Below, one piece after another: positions 50,160-59,871 of a stretch of 64,000 nucleotides of DNA. Numbering within the stretch: the first letter of the stretch is position 1; each line of letters begins with the position of its first letter. This DNA comes from Planctomycetota bacterium (GTDB lineage: Bacteria > Planctomycetota > UBA8108 > SXIK01), in assembly GCA_965223845.1 (NCBI GenBank), contig CBDCXR010000004.1, positions 3,200,001 to 3,264,000 on the forward strand, written 5' to 3'. Under the pieces are notes generated by a model. The model ran no database searches. It was not told where the DNA came from and worked only from the letters and a program-made list of their open reading frames with translations. The position numbers and the translations under genes were made by a program.

Positions 50160-50511
50160 CGAGAGAGATCTCGAGCGCGGCGCCGTTTCCCGCGTCGGCC
50201 GCACCGGGAAGGCGTTGAAGCGCCCGCGGAGCGTAGAGCTCAGAGGAGAGCGCTCGGATGGTGTCGACGCGGTCACCACGGTCTCCGCGGTCCGGGAGTG
50301 ACCGTCGGAAACGCGCTTCGCCTTCGGGCGAGGTCCATCATAAGCTTGGGCCCAGACGCGCTTTCGGAGCTTTCGTTCCCGTTTTGGGTCGCTCTGCTTC
50401 GAGTTGTGATCTCCCCGCCACGCCGATCGCGGCGCCCAGCCGTCCCGCTCCGCTACGCCCGAGAGAAAACCCGCATCACCGCGCCTCCGCTCGGGCTCTA
50501 TCTCATAGACC

Positions 50512-52239
50512 ATGAACGAACCTCCCGCCCCTTTCCTCGATCCCGACGCGCTCCTTGAAAACGGAGCGTGGATCCGCGAGTTGGCGCAGCGTCTCGTCGC
50601 GGATTCTTCCCGGGCGGACGACGTCGCACAGGACGCCTGGCTGTGCGCGGCCACTCGCACACTCGACGCGCCGCGGCGACCGCGTTCGTGGTTGTTCACC
50701 GTCGTCCGCAACCTCGTCGCCCGGTCGTATCGCGCCGATGCTCGCCGAGCCGCACGCGAACGATCCGTCGCCCGACCCGAGCGTGTGGACTCGAGCGCCG
50801 AGGCGATCCTCGAGCGCGCGGAACTCCAGCGTCAGGTCACGTCGGTCGTGCTCGAGTTGCGAGAGCCTTACCGCTCGACCGTGCTTCTTCGCTACTTCGA
50901 GGGTCTCACTCCAGAGTCGATCGCTCGACGCGAGGGAGTCGCTCCGGCGACGGTGAGATCTCGTCTCGGGCGCGCGCTCGGCGAGCTGCGCACACGTCTC
51001 GACCGGGAACATCGCGCGTGGACGATCCTCGCGTCTCCCCTCCTCGGATCTCCGACAACGACGGCCGGTTCGGGTTCGGTCGGATTCGCCACTGCAGGAG
51101 CGATCGCCATGAGCGAAAAAACTTTCTGGGCCGTCGCGGGCTGCGCCCTTCTCGGAACGGCGGTGGGCTGGGGCGTGCACACCGCGCTCTCTCCCGCCGA
51201 TGTCTCCGGTCGCCTCAATACGGCACTCGCTGCGGCTAAGGCACTCGAGGCCGAAGTCGAGCGCCTGCGCGACGAGCTCGACGAAACGAGTGACCGAGCG
51301 GGTCGACTCAAGGACGAGAACGAGGCTTTGCTCGCTCGCGTCGAAGACCTGACTCGTCGCTCGGTCGAGACGCAAGCGCCGTCCGTACCCGCCTCGTCCG
51401 CTGCCGCGGTTGGCGCTACCGACACGCTGGACTGGAAGAGCCTCGCCCAATTGGTCCGAGCGAACGCGGAGCTCTTGAGAAAACGGCAGGACACCCTGAG
51501 TTCAGCGGAGGAAGCGGCGCTCGCGTCGCTTCGCGGTAGAATTCTCGCCCTGGGCGCGGCGGCTAAGAGCGAATACGAGCGCCCGCTGCTCGTCCCCGGG
51601 TTTCTCAGCGATTTCGCCGAGGCGATTCTCGGCTCGGGCCTCGGCCTCGACGACGAGCAGCGCGAACTTCTGCGCGAACTCACCGAAGAGATCGAATCGA
51701 ATCTTCCCGCTCCCGACGCAGAGCTCTCACCGACCGAGCGTTACGCCATGCGCCGAGATCTCGTCGATTCTCTTCACGAGGAGCTCGAGACTCTGCTCGA
51801 TGAAGAACAGCTCGAGGCTTGGCCGCAACTCCAGGAGTACTCGCGCGGCCTCCTCCGGTACGGCGACCAGATGAGAATCGGGATCGATACTCCGCCAGAG
51901 AATTTCGTACGGCTCTGGGCGTCGAACACACTCCGGGCCGGAGAAACGGCCATCGACTTCGACTCGCTGGCACCGAGCGTCGAGCGCTTCTACGAAGACG
52001 TGCGCTCGGTGCTCGATCAGCACGGCGCGACGGATCCCGAGCGGTACGACAATCTAACACCCGAAAGTCGTCGACAGCTCCGAAACGAGCTTCTTCGCCT
52101 GCAGGGGACATTCGACCGCGAGGCGCTTCCGCTCGTCCCCGAGGACATTCGCGCGCGGTATCTCGATCGACCTCCGATGATCCTGGAGTTTCGGCCGGGG
52201 ACGAGCGTCGGAGTGACCGTGCGGGGAACGGTGTTCTGA
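50512..52239 (+). CDS. membrane-tethered ECF sigma factor fused to a coiled-coil/helical extracytoplasmic domain
   Basis: Sigma2 (RADDVAQDAWL...RSWLFTVVRN) and sigma4 (LREPYRSTVLLRYFEGLT...VRSRLGRAL), TM (TFWAVAGCALLGTAVGWGV), coiled coil (LEAEVERLRDELDE). Confidence 0.92.
   Translation: MNEPPAPFLDPDALLENGAWIRELAQRLVADSSRADDVAQDAWLCAATRTLDAPRRPRSWLFTVVRNLVARSYRADARRAARERSVARPERVDSSAEAILERAELQRQVTSVVLELREPYRSTVLLRYFEGLTPESIARREGVAPATVRSRLGRALGELRTRLDREHRAWTILASPLLGSPTTTAGSGSVGFATAGAIAMSEKTFWAVAGCALLGTAVGWGVHTALSPADVSGRLNTALAAAKALEAEVERLRDELDETSDRAGRLKDENEALLARVEDLTRRSVETQAPSVPASSAAAVGATDTLDWKSLAQLVRANAELLRKRQDTLSSAEEAALASLRGRILALGAAAKSEYERPLLVPGFLSDFAEAILGSGLGLDDEQRELLRELTEEIESNLPAPDAELSPTERYAMRRDLVDSLHEELETLLDEEQLEAWPQLQEYSRGLLRYGDQMRIGIDTPPENFVRLWASNTLRAGETAIDFDSLAPSVERFYEDVRSVLDQHGATDPERYDNLTPESRRQLRNELLRLQGTFDREALPLVPEDIRARYLDRPPMILEFRPGTSVGVTVRGTVF
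51096..51111 (+). promoter_or_regulatory. internal in-frame ribosome-binding site and ATG within ECF fusion gene
   Basis: AGGAG-cgatcgcc-ATGAGCGAAAAA; ATG at 51109 is codon 200. Confidence 0.55.
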
Positions 52240-52263
52240 CGATCGGCGGCGCGGATCTCGCGC

Positions 52264-54057
52264 TCACTCGGAGTCGGTCGCGCTCGCGCGAGATTCGACT
52301 CCAAACCGCTTGCGAATCCACGCGTAGACGAGGTCCCGGTGCTCGTCGCCCACGCGATGCCGCTCGTGGGGATAAACGCGGAAGCTCTTCTCGGCGCGGA
52401 CGCGATTGTACGCCGCGAACACCGTCGCCGCGGGACACACGTCGTCCTGGAGACCGACGCCCATGAAGACGGGGCAGTCGATCCACGGGGCCAAGTTCAT
52501 CGCATCGAAATAGCTCAACGTCGCGAGCGTGGTCGCCCAGGTGCGTTCGCTCCGCGCAGCGATCCAATCGTTCATCTCCGGCCACTCGGTGAGCTCGAAG
52601 TAGTTCACCCAATCGCAGAGAAACGGGATGTCCGGGGCACAAAGTGCGATGCGCGAGTCGAGCGCCGCTGTCGCGAAGCTCAGGCCACCGCCTTGGCTGG
52701 CCCCGATGATCGCGATGCGCTCGGGGTCGACCTCGGATCTCGAGACGAGATAATCGACCGCCCGAACACAGTCGAGAAACGCGCCGCGGTAGAAATAGTC
52801 ATTCTTGTCATCGAGACCACGGATCCAGTAGTCGACCGGTTCGCCGCTGACATCCTCTTGGCTGTTTCCGTGAGCTCGCACATTGAACGAAAAGACGACC
52901 ATGTCGTCGAAGCGGCGAACGGGACGCATCTCCTCCCCGTATCCGGGGACTCGAAGAACGGCGGGATAGCGACCGGGCGCGAGTGGTGTCTCGTACCAAC
53001 CACGCACTCGCACACCACCGAGACTCCGCATCTCGACCTCGTACAGTTTCCGCGTCGTGGTGTCTTTGGAATCACGCTCCGTGACGCGAAACTCGGGGGC
53101 GACAGCTCGGAGTTCCTCCATGGATCGAGTCCAGAACGAACGCAGATCGGAACGCGCGGTGGGCGGGACGACGATCTGTTCCGGCGCGAATCCGAAGAGC
53201 ATCGAGTGAGACAGCTCGCCGTCCCCACCGTCGAATCGGCAGCGAACCCGATAGAAGCCCGGCGCCGGCGGTGGGCAGCGAAAGACGAAGCTAGCGCTCC
53301 CGGGCTCGAGCGTCCGAGCCGACGAATCCTCCGCGACGAGAACGCCCGCATCGGTCTCGACCGTCCAGTGGACACGCCCGCGAACGTTGGTCCGCGACGC
53401 GCATTCGACCGCGGCCGCAAACGCCATCGGTGACCCGGCGGGAAAGATCCCGTCCTCGACGGACCCGCGGATCCGAAGCGAGGTCAGGTCGGTCCACGAA
53501 CAAACGCCGAGCGTATACGGTCCGCGGTAGAGTCCACCACCGCGGACGAGATCGAAGACGCGGATCGCGAGGACGTTTTCCCTTCCCCATCGGATGTGAC
53601 CGGGATCGACGAGGTACCGGCGTTCCTCCTCCCAGCGAGTCACCGGGGCGGGCGGAAAGGATCCCGTCGAACCGATCCGCTTTCCATTGAGCCACGTCTC
53701 GTCCACGTCGTCGATCGCTCCCAGCCGAAAGACGAGCTTTCGCTGTCGCGCGAGGCGAGGATCCGTCTCCCACGCAGCGGGAACGCGAAATCGGACGCGA
53801 TACCAAGCGAATCCGTCGTAATCGCGATGACCGGCAGCTTCCCAGGTGCGACCGACCTCGATCGCCTCCCACGCGGAATCGTCGTACGACGGTATCGCCC
53901 AGCGGACGTCGTCACCCCGCGCGAACTTCCACCCTCGCGAGAGATCGAGTTCGAGACGGCCGTCGGGGAGTGCACCCGTCGGCGATTCGGTTTCGACTGC
54001 GAGTGCGGCACTCGCGATCGTGCAAACAAGGATTTCAGCGAGTACGCTTCTCAGCAT
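52264..54057 (-). CDS. acetylxylan esterase (CE7/AXE1-like) with N-terminal GH2-type sugar-binding domain
   Basis: Signal peptide; WKFARGD...YDGFAWYR...LGAIDDVDETWLNG; RGHGNS; GASQGG nucleophile elbow; GLQDDVCP; catalytic His region YPHERH. Confidence 0.9.
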   Translation of the reverse strand: MLRSVLAEILVCTIASAALAVETESPTGALPDGRLELDLSRGWKFARGDDVRWAIPSYDDSAWEAIEVGRTWEAAGHRDYDGFAWYRVRFRVPAAWETDPRLARQRKLVFRLGAIDDVDETWLNGKRIGSTGSFPPAPVTRWEEERRYLVDPGHIRWGRENVLAIRVFDLVRGGGLYRGPYTLGVCSWTDLTSLRIRGSVEDGIFPAGSPMAFAAAVECASRTNVRGRVHWTVETDAGVLVAEDSSARTLEPGSASFVFRCPPPAPGFYRVRCRFDGGDGELSHSMLFGFAPEQIVVPPTARSDLRSFWTRSMEELRAVAPEFRVTERDSKDTTTRKLYEVEMRSLGGVRVRGWYETPLAPGRYPAVLRVPGYGEEMRPVRRFDDMVVFSFNVRAHGNSQEDVSGEPVDYWIRGLDDKNDYFYRGAFLDCVRAVDYLVSRSEVDPERIAIIGASQGGGLSFATAALDSRIALCAPDIPFLCDWVNYFELTEWPEMNDWIAARSERTWATTLATLSYFDAMNLAPWIDCPVFMGVGLQDDVCPAATVFAAYNRVRAEKSFRVYPHERHRVGDEHRDLVYAWIRKRFGVESRASATDSE

Positions 54058-54128
54058 CGTTCGGTGACCGTCGTCGGAGCGCGTGAACCCCCCTTGCCGA
54101 AGATACGAACCACGAAGAAGGAGCGGCA

Positions 54129-56093
54129 GTGAATTCCTCCGCCGCCAAGATCCGATTGTCCGGAACGCGCGGGTTCGTGGTAGCGCTCAGACTCGGATTC
54201 GCCCTTTGGTTGCTCGCTCGAGCGGCCACGGAGGCGCGTTCCGACGAGAGCGACGTAAGCAGGATTTCGACCGTTGCGACTCCCCCGGCGTGGGCCGCGG
54301 ATGCGATCTGGTACCAGATCTTCGTCGAGCGATTTCGGAACGGCGATCCAAAGAACGATCCCCGTCCGAAGGATATCCGCGGAGCGTGGCCGCATCTCGC
54401 TCCGGCCGGGTGGCGGACCACACCTTGGGGGCAGGATTGGTACCACCGCGCGGAGTGGGAAGACAGCACTGGACAAGACTTCTACACGACCGTCGCCGCC
54501 CGTCGATACGGCGGAGATCTCCAGGGCGTCCTCGACCGACTCGATGACCTGGTCGATCTCGGCATCAATGCGATCTACTTGAATCCGATCAACGACAGTC
54601 CGTCGCTTCACAAGTACGACTGCCGCTCGTGGCGCCATATCGATCGCAACTTCGGCCCCGATCCCGACGGCGACCAACGCGTGGCGGAGACGGAATCTCC
54701 CGACGACCCCACCACCTGGAAGTGGACCGCCGCCGACCGGCTCTTTCTCGCTCTCATCGGCGAGGCGCACGCGCGCGGAATCCGCATCATCATGGACTAC
54801 AGCTTCAATCACACCGGTGCGTCGTTCTGGGCGTGGCGCGACGTCGTTTCCCGCCAGCGAGAATCAGCATACGCCTCTTGGTATGCTGTCGAGCAGTTCG
54901 ATCATCCCGATACGCCAGAGAACGAATTCCGCTACCGCGGATGGGCCGGCGTACGAGAGCTCCCCGAGCTACGGAAAATCGGTCCCACGGCGGAGGAACG
55001 AGGGGAACCTCGGGAAGGAGATCTCGATCCCGCGGTGAAGCGGCACGTGTTCGCCGTCGTACGCCGCTGGCTCGACCCCAACGGCGACGGCGATCCGTCG
55101 GACGGTGTCGACGGGTTTCGACTCGATGTCGCCGAGCTCGTGCCGATCGGATTCTGGAGAGACTTTCGTGCTCACGTCAAGTCAATCCAACCCGATGCCT
55201 ACCTCGTCGCGGAGCTGTGGTGGGAAGAGTGGCCCGACCGTCTTCTCGACCCTTCGCCTTGGCTCCGCGGCGACGTTTTCGACGCCGCGATGAACTACCG
55301 GTGGTACGTACCCGTGCGGAGTTTTGTCGCGCGGGCACCGCCGGAACTCCATTCGCGCGAGCTCGCGCAGCAGTTGTTAGCCGTCACGGACGTCGGATCA
55401 CGAGCGTTCGCTGGCGCTATGATGAACGTCGCGGCGACTCACGACACCCCGCGACTCGCGACGTCTCTCTTCAACTCTGGAAAGTACAAGTTCCGAGTGA
55501 GTCCGAAGACGAATCCCGACTACCGCTTCGGTCGACCCGACGCAAAGACGCGCGCTCTTCAGCGACTCGTACTCGTGGTTCAGTTCACCTGGCTCGGTGC
55601 GCCGCACATTTGGTACGGAGACGAAGTCGGGATGTGGGGAGCGGATGACCCAGACTGCCGAAAGCCGATGGTTTGGGAAGACCTCGTCTACGAGGATGAA
55701 TCACGAGGACCGAACGGCGGGACTCGACCGGCCGAGTCCGTCGCCGCGGACCGAGAGCTGCGTGCGCACTACCGAACTCTCGCCCGGATTCGGCGAACAC
55801 ACGCTTCGCTCTTTCGCAGTGGAGCTATCGAGATCCGTGAGGAGGAAACTCGGGACGACGACGTCTTCGTTTTCCACCGGAGGTCGACAAAGGAACATGC
55901 CGTCATCGCCATCAACCGCGGCTCGAGTCCGAAGACGGTGGCGCTGCGCTTCGAGCGCGGCCACGACTATGCGGACGCTTTGGATCCCGAGTTTGAACGC
56001 CGATCTGCGGGTCCGAATTCGGCGGTGCGAATCGAGCCACTGGGGGCTCGGATCCTCCTGCGACGACCGAGCGCGGCATCGATCGGGGAATAG
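54129..56093 (+). CDS. GH13 alpha-amylase/cyclomaltodextrinase family protein
   Basis: WYQIFVERFRNGD; GGDLQG; DYSFNH; DGFRLDVA; AELW; THDTPR; WYGDEVGM; SD GAAGGAG before GTG. Confidence 0.95.
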   Translation: MNSSAAKIRLSGTRGFVVALRLGFALWLLARAATEARSDESDVSRISTVATPPAWAADAIWYQIFVERFRNGDPKNDPRPKDIRGAWPHLAPAGWRTTPWGQDWYHRAEWEDSTGQDFYTTVAARRYGGDLQGVLDRLDDLVDLGINAIYLNPINDSPSLHKYDCRSWRHIDRNFGPDPDGDQRVAETESPDDPTTWKWTAADRLFLALIGEAHARGIRIIMDYSFNHTGASFWAWRDVVSRQRESAYASWYAVEQFDHPDTPENEFRYRGWAGVRELPELRKIGPTAEERGEPREGDLDPAVKRHVFAVVRRWLDPNGDGDPSDGVDGFRLDVAELVPIGFWRDFRAHVKSIQPDAYLVAELWWEEWPDRLLDPSPWLRGDVFDAAMNYRWYVPVRSFVARAPPELHSRELAQQLLAVTDVGSRAFAGAMMNVAATHDTPRLATSLFNSGKYKFRVSPKTNPDYRFGRPDAKTRALQRLVLVVQFTWLGAPHIWYGDEVGMWGADDPDCRKPMVWEDLVYEDESRGPNGGTRPAESVAADRELRAHYRTLARIRRTHASLFRSGAIEIREEETRDDDVFVFHRRSTKEHAVIAINRGSSPKTVALRFERGHDYADALDPEFERRSAGPNSAVRIEPLGARILLRRPSAASIGE

Positions 56094-56096
56094 AAA

Positions 56097-58568
56097 CTAC
56101 GTGGAGGTCTCGGTTTCCATCGAACGTGCGTCTTCAAACGTGTTGCCCCCGCCTTCTCGACCACACTCGATGCCGACCGCGGCGGTGAGGTGCGACGCCA
56201 CGGCCGAGAGCAGTTTTTCGGAGTCCAGCGGCTTCTCGACGTGGGCGTTCATTCCGGCTTCGAGGCAGCGCCGACGATCTCCCTCGAAAGCATTCGCGGT
56301 CAGCGCGATCACCGGGATTGGCGCGCCGGATCGAGAATAGCCCCCGTCGAGTTTCTCGAGCCGGCGGATCTCGCGCGTCGCATCGCCTCCTTCCATGACG
56401 GGCATCATCCAGTCCATGAGGACGAGGTCGAACCTTCGCGTCCGTACGGCCTCGACCGCCTCCGCCCCGTTCTCCACCGTTTCGAAATCGAATCCGTGCG
56501 CAGCGAGGAGCTCGGTCGCGACAAACCGATTGATCTCGTTGTCTTCTGCGATGAGGATTCGGTGCTCGTGCGGAGAGATCGAGCCCGCGCTGTCGTGGTC
56601 GCGGGTCGGCGCATCCGAATCGGATCCCTCGCACGCGTCGGGAGATAGAGCTCGCTTCAGCACGGCGATCAGCTCCGACTCTCGCACGGGTTTCATCAGA
56701 CCTAGAGAGCCGTCGTCGGAATCCTGAGTCGTCACGCCTCTGTCTGCGATCGAATGCTGGACAACAAGGGTGACCTTTGAGTCGGCGGTAAGAGTTCGAA
56801 GATCTGTGTAAGAAGGCGGGCTCAGGTGGTCAACATCGGCGAGGACAACGTCGTAGAGATCGTTGGCCTGAGACGCCGCGACGATCCGTTCTCGGGCATC
56901 CGCATTCGAATCCGCCACGTCGGCCTCGAGTCCCAGGTACTTTAGACGCCGGCAAAGGACGGCTCGCCTCTTGCCGGGGCCATCGACGATCAATGCGCGT
57001 GCGCCCAGGATTTCGCTCGGGATTCGACGCCGAATTGACTTGGCTGGAAGAGTGGTGGGAACGGAAAACCAAAACTCAGTACCTTTTCCGAGCTCGCTTT
57101 CGACTCCGATGCGTCCGCCCATGAGGTTGACTAGACGCGAGCAGATCGCGAGGCCGAGTCCGGTGCCGCCGAACTGTCGCGTGGTCGAAGCGTCGACCTG
57201 AGAGAACGACTCGAAGACCTCGTTGAGTCGATTCGGCGGGATTCCGATGCCCGAGTCTACGACCGCGACTTGGATCAATTGGCGAGAAGCGCGGACACGG
57301 ATCAACACGAACCCTTCAGCAGTGAACTTGATCGCGTTGTTGAGAAGATTCGAGACGATCTGGCCAAATCGTTGCGGATCGCCGCGCAACTCGTAAGGGA
57401 CTCTCGCCCCGACGTCACACAGTAGATCGAGGTTCTTTCGCGCCGCGAGAGGCGCGAATCGCGCGAGGACGTCTTCGATGATGACGCGAGGCTCGAAATC
57501 GATGGATTCCAGATCCAGCTTGCCCGCTTCGATCTTCGAGAAGTCGAGAATATCGTTGAGAACCGTGAGCAGCGCTTCCGCCGACGATCGAATGACATCC
57601 GCGTAGCGCCGCTGGAGAGGGCTCAGACTCGTGCGGAGCAACAAATCGTTCGTTCCCGTCACACCATTCAGAGGAGTGCGGATCTCGTGACTCATGTTCG
57701 CGAGAAACTCGCTCTTCGCCTGGCTCGCGGCTTCGAGCTGAGCGCTGGTCTCGCGCAGCTCCTCGAGGAGTTCGTCCTTGTGAGCGTTGGTGTTGGCGAG
57801 GGATTCTGCCATTTCGTTGAACGTCGAAGCGAGCGCGCCGATTTCATCGGCCGTCGTCGGTGTCATACGCCCGTCGAACTCTCCGCGCGCGATCTTGCGG
57901 GCTCCCGACGTCAGCTCGCGAATCGGTCGCGCCAGATTCCGCGAAACCAAAAGAATCACGGCTGCGGAAGCCACGAACGCGGCCAAGCCGAGCCCGATCC
58001 AGATGCGCATGAGGAACTCCCGCTGCGCGATCCATCTCTCGGTGGAGAGCGCGATGAAAACTTCGCCGATGACTTCCGCCTCTTTCGTCGGCCGCTCCCA
58101 GTTGAGCGCCGCTGCGAATTCGTCCTCCGATGAATCCTCGAGCACTGACACGACGGGAGCGCTAAACGAATGCACCCCAGAGTCGATTCCTCGTGAGGCG
58201 CCGTCGTCGACATCCCGACGAGCGAGCTCGACGATCTCACCGTCCTGAAGGAGAATTCGTCCCGAGCGATCCGAGATGCGGACGAACTTCACGTCGCGAT
58301 CGCGAAACGCGCCGAGCGTCGCCGCCTCGAGTAGCTCCGTGTTCTCAGAGAACACGGCGAGCTCCGACTCCTTCGCGACGTGCTGAACGAGGTTGTTGCC
58401 GCGGTGGATAAACTCGTACTCGAGTTGTGCGTCCTGGTACTCGATGCTCACGAGCGCCACTCCGATGATCGCGCCGAGAAATACCGGCGTCGTCGCCCAG
58501 AACACTCGTCCGGCGAACGAGGATCGAGGATCGAGGAGTCGAAGATGGCGAAGCGCAATTCCAAGCAT
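56097..58568 (-). CDS. hybrid sensor histidine kinase (2 TM, HAMP, HisKA, HATPase, two receiver domains)
   Basis: FLANMSHEIRTPLNG; NLLNNAIKFT; DSGIGI; GGTGLGL; degenerate first REC; canonical second REC (AEDNEIN...LMDWMMP...KP). Confidence 0.95.
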   Translation of the reverse strand: MLGIALRHLRLLDPRSSFAGRVFWATTPVFLGAIIGVALVSIEYQDAQLEYEFIHRGNNLVQHVAKESELAVFSENTELLEAATLGAFRDRDVKFVRISDRSGRILLQDGEIVELARRDVDDGASRGIDSGVHSFSAPVVSVLEDSSEDEFAAALNWERPTKEAEVIGEVFIALSTERWIAQREFLMRIWIGLGLAAFVASAAVILLVSRNLARPIRELTSGARKIARGEFDGRMTPTTADEIGALASTFNEMAESLANTNAHKDELLEELRETSAQLEAASQAKSEFLANMSHEIRTPLNGVTGTNDLLLRTSLSPLQRRYADVIRSSAEALLTVLNDILDFSKIEAGKLDLESIDFEPRVIIEDVLARFAPLAARKNLDLLCDVGARVPYELRGDPQRFGQIVSNLLNNAIKFTAEGFVLIRVRASRQLIQVAVVDSGIGIPPNRLNEVFESFSQVDASTTRQFGGTGLGLAICSRLVNLMGGRIGVESELGKGTEFWFSVPTTLPAKSIRRRIPSEILGARALIVDGPGKRRAVLCRRLKYLGLEADVADSNADARERIVAASQANDLYDVVLADVDHLSPPSYTDLRTLTADSKVTLVVQHSIADRGVTTQDSDDGSLGLMKPVRESELIAVLKRALSPDACEGSDSDAPTRDHDSAGSISPHEHRILIAEDNEINRFVATELLAAHGFDFETVENGAEAVEAVRTRRFDLVLMDWMMPVMEGGDATREIRRLEKLDGGYSRSGAPIPVIALTANAFEGDRRRCLEAGMNAHVEKPLDSEKLLSAVASHLTAAVGIECGREGGGNTFEDARSMETETST

Positions 58569-58609
58569 GCGAATTCAGTCGTCGGATATCCGTATCTGCG
58601 ATCGAACCG

Positions 58610-59857
58610 TCAGAACGCGAGCTCGACTCCTCCGCTCAGGATGAAATCGGGAAGCAGGCCGTCGTCGCGGAGGAGCGGAACGACTCCGCTGATGTTGAGG
58701 AGGACTCGCTCGGCGACTGCGAACCTCGCGCCGATCGCTCCGTCGAGGTGATCGTCTCCAACATGGTCACCGCTGTGCTCCCACCGCCCCAAGACGCCCG
58801 CGCTCACGGTCACTCGGGGGTGGAGCCAGACATCGAATCCGGCGACGTAGCGGAGGTTGCTCCGCTCGAAATCGGTCGGGGACCATTCGTACCCCACGTT
58901 GAGATGAGGTGTGAATCGCCCAAAGCTCTTCGACGCGAGGAAGACCGCTTGGAGAAACAGCTCATCCGTCCCCAAGAGGTCGTCCGCGTCCCCCACCGGA
59001 AGCGTGATCTGCCCACCGACCGCGAGATCGGGAAGAGTCTCACTCATCCGTAGGAGACTGTATTTGGAGCGGAGGAGGACATCTCCGATCCCGGTTGCGT
59101 GGCGTCGCTTGGTCGATACGGGGCTCTCCGTCGACGGATCGAAGAAATGCGGTGACGGCGTGGCCGGCGTCGGATCCACAATCGTGGCCACCGATCGCGC
59201 TCTCGCTTCGACGTGAATGACCGGCACGATGATCCCGACGTCCCAATCGTCGGTCAGACCGTAGTTCGCAAAGAGGGCGAAAATGTCCTGACTGAGCTCG
59301 AGATCGACGTTGAGATGCACTTCGTCCAGCTCGAAATCGAGGAGGGGTCCGCCGGGAAACGGAACGAAGGGGGCGAGTTGGCCATCTCCGTTCGCATCCG
59401 GATGACTGAGAACCACCGACAGATCATCGAGGTCGTCTCCTTCGAACCTCTTGTAGTCGATCCGCGAATAGGAAAAGCCGATCGTCAACGTATTCGAACC
59501 GAGTGTCCGCGCGATATTGCCTAGCAGCGGACCGAGACTTTCCGTAGTTCGAACCGGAAGCCCCGTCTCGAGATCGATCGTGAACGCCGGCGAGACGGCG
59601 TTGAAGGCGAACAGACCGGTGTCGGAACCGATCGCGGCACCGAGGTCGTCGAGTCCTTGAAGCGAACGCGCGGTGAAGTGAGCGTCGTGACCGAATCCGC
59701 TCGCTTGGCTGAGGGTGATTCCGTCACCTCCGTAGAGATCGCGGATGATGTCGGCGACATCGCCAGCGTCGCCGCGATTCGGAAGCAGCATGCCGATCGC
59801 GACGACCCCGCAGACGCAGAGCATCACTCGATATCCCCCCGGAGGTACTGCAAGCAT
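58610..59857 (-). CDS. putative outer-membrane beta-barrel ('transporter'/MetA-pathway-like family)
   Basis: Signal peptide; YGLTDDWDVGIIVP; GIGDVLLRSKY; alternating beta strands; C-terminal Phe (GGVELAF). Confidence 0.75.
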   Translation of the reverse strand: MLAVPPGGYRVMLCVCGVVAIGMLLPNRGDAGDVADIIRDLYGGDGITLSQASGFGHDAHFTARSLQGLDDLGAAIGSDTGLFAFNAVSPAFTIDLETGLPVRTTESLGPLLGNIARTLGSNTLTIGFSYSRIDYKRFEGDDLDDLSVVLSHPDANGDGQLAPFVPFPGGPLLDFELDEVHLNVDLELSQDIFALFANYGLTDDWDVGIIVPVIHVEARARSVATIVDPTPATPSPHFFDPSTESPVSTKRRHATGIGDVLLRSKYSLLRMSETLPDLAVGGQITLPVGDADDLLGTDELFLQAVFLASKSFGRFTPHLNVGYEWSPTDFERSNLRYVAGFDVWLHPRVTVSAGVLGRWEHSGDHVGDDHLDGAIGARFAVAERVLLNISGVVPLLRDDGLLPDFILSGGVELAF

Positions 59858-59871
59858 GAATCACTCCGAGT

